NCBI GenBank assembly: GCA_965205945.1
Contig: CBDBIB010000003.1
Coordinates: 128,001-192,000 of the forward strand
Source of the DNA: Bdellovibrionales bacterium
Lineage (GTDB): Bacteria; Bdellovibrionota; Bdellovibrionia; Bdellovibrionales; UBA1609
DNA: 64,000 nt
Reading direction: 5' to 3'
Of the stretch, positions 59,821 to 64,000 are shown piece by piece; position 1 is the stretch's first letter, and the number at the start of each line of letters is the position of its first letter. The notes beneath the pieces are model-generated. The model did not search any database, was not told the origin of the DNA, and saw only the letters and a program-made list of their open reading frames with translations. The translations under genes were made by a program, and so were the position numbers.

Positions 59821-61443
59821 ATGCCTTTAAAGGCTCCGATTATAGTCACTTCAGGGCTTCCATATGCTAATAACTCACTACACTTAGGCCACATGGTTGA
59901 ATATTTGCAAACAGATTTTTGGGTCAGATATCAAAAATTAAAAGGTGAGAATTGTATTTATATTTGTGGTGATGACACTCATGGAACTCCAATCATGATT
60001 AGTGCAAGAGATCAAAAAATCACACCAGAAGAGTTAATTAAAAATTGTTTAAAGGAGCATTTAAAAGATTTTAATGATTTTGGCATAGAGTTTGATCATT
60101 ACTCATCTACAAATAGTCCTGAGAATAAGAAGTTAGTTTCTCAGATTTATCTGTCATTAAAAGATAAAGGGCACATTACAACCAAAAAAATACAACAGCT
60201 TTTTTGTGAGCATGATAAAATGTTTTTACCAGATCGTTTTGTTAGAGGAACTTGTCCTTCTTGTAAATCAAAAGATCAGTATGGAGACTCTTGTGATGAA
60301 TGTGGGGCGACGTATGGAACAAATGAAGTTATAGAGCCTAAATGTTCAATATGCCGTAACATACCTATTTTAAAAGAGAGTGAGCATGTATTTATAAAAC
60401 TTTCTAATTTTCAGGGCTTTTTAAAAGAATGGGCCCCTAGGCACACTTCAAAAGAAGTCTTTAATAAGTTAAAAGAATGGCTTAAGGGGGAGCTTAGGGA
60501 TTGGGATATTTCTAGAGATGATCCATATTTTGGTTTTCAGATTCCAGGTTATGAAAATAGGTATTTTTACGTATGGATGGATGCACCGGTGGGTTATATA
60601 GCCGGAACAAAAGAGTGGTGTGATAAAAATGGTAAGAATTTAGATGATTATTGGAAAAATCCAGATTCTAAAATTTATCATTTTATTGGAAAAGATATTA
60701 TTTATTTTCATTCATTGTTTTGGCCATCTATATTAAGTTCTACAGAATATACGTTGCCATCAGGAATATTTGTCCATGGTTTTTTAAAAGTAAAGGGTGA
60801 AAAGATGAGTAAATCAAAAGGTACTTTTATAAAAGCAAGAAAGTATCTTAATAGTATAGATCCTTTATATTTAAGATATTATTTTGCTTGTAAACTTAAT
60901 TCAGGCTTAGGCGATATAGATTTAAATCCAGAAAATTTTGTTCAAAGAGTTAATTCTGATCTCATAGGGAAAATTACTAATCTTGGTTCAAGAGGAGCTC
61001 AAATGCTTGGAAAAAAGTTTCATGGGGTCATGGGTGAATTAGATGATGAGGCAAGAAGAGTAGTTGATTTTTCAAAATCTAGAGCAGATATTATTTCAAA
61101 TCATTATCAAAATAGAGATTTTGCACGTGCCATGGAAGAGATTAGATTTATTGCTGATAAAGCTAATAGATATTTTGATGAAAAACAGCCATGGAATATT
61201 ATTAAAGATGATGCTAAAGGGGCTCAAACTTGTCTTACAGGGATTTTAAATATTTTTAGAGATATAGCAATTTATTTAAGTCCAGTGATACCAGAGTACT
61301 CTAAAAAGGTTTCGTTATTATTTAGAGAAGAAAAATATCAATGGTCTGATTTAGATAAAATTTTAGAAAAATATCATATTAATAAATATAAACACCTAGC
61401 AACTCGCTTAAATATAGATGAGGTTAAAAATATTCTATCATAG
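59821..61443 (+). CDS. metG: Methionyl-tRNA synthetase (no C-terminal tRNA-binding domain)
   Basis: HLGH, Zn knuckles, WDISRD, KMSKS. Confidence 0.97.
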   Translation: MPLKAPIIVTSGLPYANNSLHLGHMVEYLQTDFWVRYQKLKGENCIYICGDDTHGTPIMISARDQKITPEELIKNCLKEHLKDFNDFGIEFDHYSSTNSPENKKLVSQIYLSLKDKGHITTKKIQQLFCEHDKMFLPDRFVRGTCPSCKSKDQYGDSCDECGATYGTNEVIEPKCSICRNIPILKESEHVFIKLSNFQGFLKEWAPRHTSKEVFNKLKEWLKGELRDWDISRDDPYFGFQIPGYENRYFYVWMDAPVGYIAGTKEWCDKNGKNLDDYWKNPDSKIYHFIGKDIIYFHSLFWPSILSSTEYTLPSGIFVHGFLKVKGEKMSKSKGTFIKARKYLNSIDPLYLRYYFACKLNSGLGDIDLNPENFVQRVNSDLIGKITNLGSRGAQMLGKKFHGVMGELDDEARRVVDFSKSRADIISNHYQNRDFARAMEEIRFIADKANRYFDEKQPWNIIKDDAKGAQTCLTGILNIFRDIAIYLSPVIPEYSKKVSLLFREEKYQWSDLDKILEKYHINKYKHLATRLNIDEVKNILS

Positions 61444-61542
61444 GATAGAATGCAGTTAAGGGGGCATTAAAGGTTTAATCTTTTTAAGTGTAGTAATGTT
61501 ATTATTAAGGCATGTAAATTGTGCTTATTTTATAAAAGAAAA

Positions 61543-62835
61543 CTATTTAATTGTTGCCTTGCTTTTTAAAAAAGTAATAACGTTTTCTTCCATTATTTTA
61601 AATTCAAGTTCTTGTGTTTTTTCAGGTGATTTATAATAAGATTGAATTTTCTCAAAATCAATTCCAGTTTTTTTTGAAAGATTAGAGAAATAAGCTGTAA
61701 TATCTTTTTCTTTAGGGAATAAACCTTCTTTTTTTGCAAGAGCCTCAATTAGAAAAGAAATTTTAATACTCTTTAAAGCATTGTCTTCATAGGAGCTCTC
61801 CCATTTTTTGTGATATTCATTTATATTGGTTTCACTCATACCTTGTTGCGTGAGGTTTTGTGTAGTTGCTTTTTTTAAGCTTTTAATTTGTTCATTGACT
61901 ATACTAGTAGGGACTTTGATTTCATGCATTCTTTCAAGAGCAGATAAAAGATCATTAGCAAGCTTTTGTTTGATGGATTGTTCTTGTTTTTTTGTTAGAT
62001 CATTAATGATTTGTTTTTTAAAGTCTTTTAAAGAATCTAGGTTGGAAATTTCTTTAGCAAGGGCATCGTTTATTTCAGGAAGTTTTTTAGTATTTATAGA
62101 GTTTAAGGTAACTTTAAAATCAACACAAGCTCCTGCATACTCATTTTGAGGGTAGTTTTTAGGGAATTTAAGAGAAAGAACTTTTTCTTCTCCCTTACTC
62201 ATACCAACAATCCCATCCTCAAAGCCGTTAATTAAACTTTTACTGCCAAGCTGTAGTAAGAAGTTTTTTGAAGAGCCATTTTTAACAGGAGTGTTTGTAG
62301 TGGAAAGAGTTCCTTGAAAATCAATTTTTACCCAATCGTTTATTTGTGCAGGCCTATTTAATTCAATGGGTATGACTTTAGCTTTTGATTCTACAGCTTT
62401 TTGTAAAACCTCGTTTATTTGTGTATCAGTTACGTTAATTTTTTCTTTTACAACAGAGATTTTAGTAAGGTCTTTTAGTCTGATTTCAGGTTTTACTTCA
62501 AATTCTGCAGTAAAAGAGAAACCATGACCATTTTTTTCATTAAGATTTGGGGCAACATCAATTTTAGGCGCAGCCATAGGAGTTAATTTGTGTTTGTTTA
62601 ATGCATTAAGGTAGTTTTTTTTAACAAGATCTTCTAAAACATTTTCAGAAACTTTAGCACTATAAAAAGCTTTAACTTGGTTCATGGGGACTTTGCCTTT
62701 TCTAAAGCCTTTAAGTTGGGCTGTTTTTTGAATCTTTTTAAACTCTTTTTCTAGAGCTGCTGTAACTTCAATTTTATCAAGCTCAACTTTGATGACGCGT
62801 TTTAATCCAGTATTTTGAATAATTTGTGATTTCAT
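61543..62835 (-). CDS. tig: Trigger factor
   Basis: GFRKGKVP ribosome-binding motif; FKBP domain (LGSKSLINGFE, FP.NY). Confidence 0.95.
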   Translation of the reverse strand: MKSQIIQNTGLKRVIKVELDKIEVTAALEKEFKKIQKTAQLKGFRKGKVPMNQVKAFYSAKVSENVLEDLVKKNYLNALNKHKLTPMAAPKIDVAPNLNEKNGHGFSFTAEFEVKPEIRLKDLTKISVVKEKINVTDTQINEVLQKAVESKAKVIPIELNRPAQINDWVKIDFQGTLSTTNTPVKNGSSKNFLLQLGSKSLINGFEDGIVGMSKGEEKVLSLKFPKNYPQNEYAGACVDFKVTLNSINTKKLPEINDALAKEISNLDSLKDFKKQIINDLTKKQEQSIKQKLANDLLSALERMHEIKVPTSIVNEQIKSLKKATTQNLTQQGMSETNINEYHKKWESSYEDNALKSIKISFLIEALAKKEGLFPKEKDITAYFSNLSKKTGIDFEKIQSYYKSPEKTQELEFKIMEENVITFLKSKATIK

Positions 62836-62956
62836 ATCGATCTATTCCTTTATCTATATAAGGGGTATAGGAAAAAATTTACTTTCATGCAACCAATTAG
62901 AGCATAAAAAATTCTTATGTTTTTCTTTTCCTTTAGATTAAGGTAGTTTAAAGCTT

Positions 62957-63691
62957 ATGGGGCTTTATTTTTTTTCAGGTAAGGGTGGTGTTGGAAAAAC
63001 GCATCTATCAACAAGCTTTGCTTTTCATAGGGTAGGGCTTAGAAGAAGAGTTTTGCTCATAGAATTTTCACAACTTGCTCAATACTCAGGGTATTTTCAG
63101 TTAGAAGTTGGTTTTAAACCTAAAGAGCTTAAAAAAGATTTATTTTTGTCTACTTGGACGGGTATAGATTGTTTGAAAGAATATGGAGTAAAAGTTTTAA
63201 AATCTCAAAGAGCTTTAGAGCTTTTTATGAAGATACCATTAATGGGAAAGCTAATCAATATTGCTCCAGGCTTAAAAGAAATTTCTGTTTTAGGAAAACT
63301 TACCTCAGACTACCGGAATATAAATTTTACTACAGGTTTTGATGATATTATTTTTGACGCTCCAGCATCAGGACATTTTGTATCTTTATTACAAGCACCT
63401 CAAGGTCTTCAGGGAATTGTGGGTGTAGGTGCTATAAAGAAGCAAAGTGTGGATATTTTAAACTGCCTTAAGAAAAGTAAGAATGTTTTTATTGGTTTAG
63501 TTGGGGACGGTTCAAAGTTTTCATATAAAGAAAGACTAGAGACTAAGAGTAAAATTAAGAAGATTTTAGGAGATAAAAAAATTGTGGATCTTAATAATTT
63601 TTCAAAAGAATTTCCTAGAATTCGTACAGGTGATTGGATTAAGAGCGCAAAAGCGATTTCACCATATTGGCAACATTTTTTATGGAGTTAG
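62957..63691 (+). CDS. ArsA/Get3-related ATPase, subunit 1
   Basis: SGKGGVGKT, APGLKE, DAPASGH. Confidence 0.85.
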   Translation: MGLYFFSGKGGVGKTHLSTSFAFHRVGLRRRVLLIEFSQLAQYSGYFQLEVGFKPKELKKDLFLSTWTGIDCLKEYGVKVLKSQRALELFMKIPLMGKLINIAPGLKEISVLGKLTSDYRNINFTTGFDDIIFDAPASGHFVSLLQAPQGLQGIVGVGAIKKQSVDILNCLKKSKNVFIGLVGDGSKFSYKERLETKSKIKKILGDKKIVDLNNFSKEFPRIRTGDWIKSAKAISPYWQHFLWS

Positions 63692-64000
63692 AGAAAAAAA
63701 CTAAAATTTTTTTAGGAACAGGAGGAATTGGTAAAACAACGCTTTCAACAGTGTACGCAATTAAAATGGCAAAAAAATTTTCAGATAAAACGATAAAGCT
63801 TGTAACCATAGATCCATCAAAAAGAATAAAAGATTATTTTAACATGACTTTTAATGAAAGTGAAAAGAAAATTGATAATCTAGTGGTGTCAGTAAATAAC
63901 CGTGAAGATTTAATGAGAGCTTTTATATCTGAAGTTTATCAAGACAATGAAAAAGAAATTAAAAAAATTTATGACAATAAGATTTTTCAAAATCTTATTA
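63682..64000 (+). CDS. ArsA/Get3-related ATPase, subunit 2; 3'-partial
   Basis: Manual translation MELEKKTKIFLGTGGIGKTT...VTIDPSKR; runs off the window end. Confidence 0.82.
   Translation, partial: MELEKKTKIFLGTGGIGKTTLSTVYAIKMAKKFSDKTIKLVTIDPSKRIKDYFNMTFNESEKKIDNLVVSVNNREDLMRAFISEVYQDNEKEIKKIYDNKIFQNLI

Noticed and set aside
4942..63342. Numerous short antisense or nested ORFs in the track (e.g. 4942-5322, 17117-17344, 42759-43494, 55183-55605, 61826-62149)
   Set aside because: They overlap well-supported genes on the opposite strand or another frame and show no motifs; treated as shadow ORFs.
1..64000. CRISPR array, rRNA, or a complete DGR cassette (RT + TR)
   Set aside because: No regularly spaced repeats, no rRNA-like sequence, no RT ORF, and no second copy of the 11775-11891 segment found by eye.

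Overview
AT-rich (roughly 30% GC by eye) bacterial chromosome segment. Gene content and order (Agl-Glt gliding operon, long PutA, murE-F-mraY-murD, queE-fis-dnaB, ftsK-dapA-dapB-fsa, tandem ArsA-like ATPases) point to a Bdellovibrionota/delta-proteobacterial lineage; this is inference from families, not a database hit. It is mostly housekeeping and amino-acid catabolic genes plus one tRNA-Leu(TAA). There are clear signs of erosion: a shattered IS4/Tn5-type element, a degenerate creatininase, remnants of FG-GAP/integrin-like, ankyrin and DUF1566 genes, and two +1-frameshifted ORFs. Most notable: (1) an unannotated minus-strand remnant at 11775-12095 whose last 117 nt look like the variable region of a diversity-generating retroelement (DGR) target, with a downstream hairpin and no RT/TR in the window; (2) an operon pairing a VTC-type polyphosphate polymerase and a DUF4956 membrane protein with HlyD-like and TolC-like proteins, a candidate polyP synthesis-coupled export system; (3) an apparent GltD-GltE fusion; (4) a recent 248-bp promoter+N-terminus duplication creating an ankyrin chimera; (5) the IS4 nested inside a second pair of TGT...ACA ends. 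No CRISPR array or rRNA seen.
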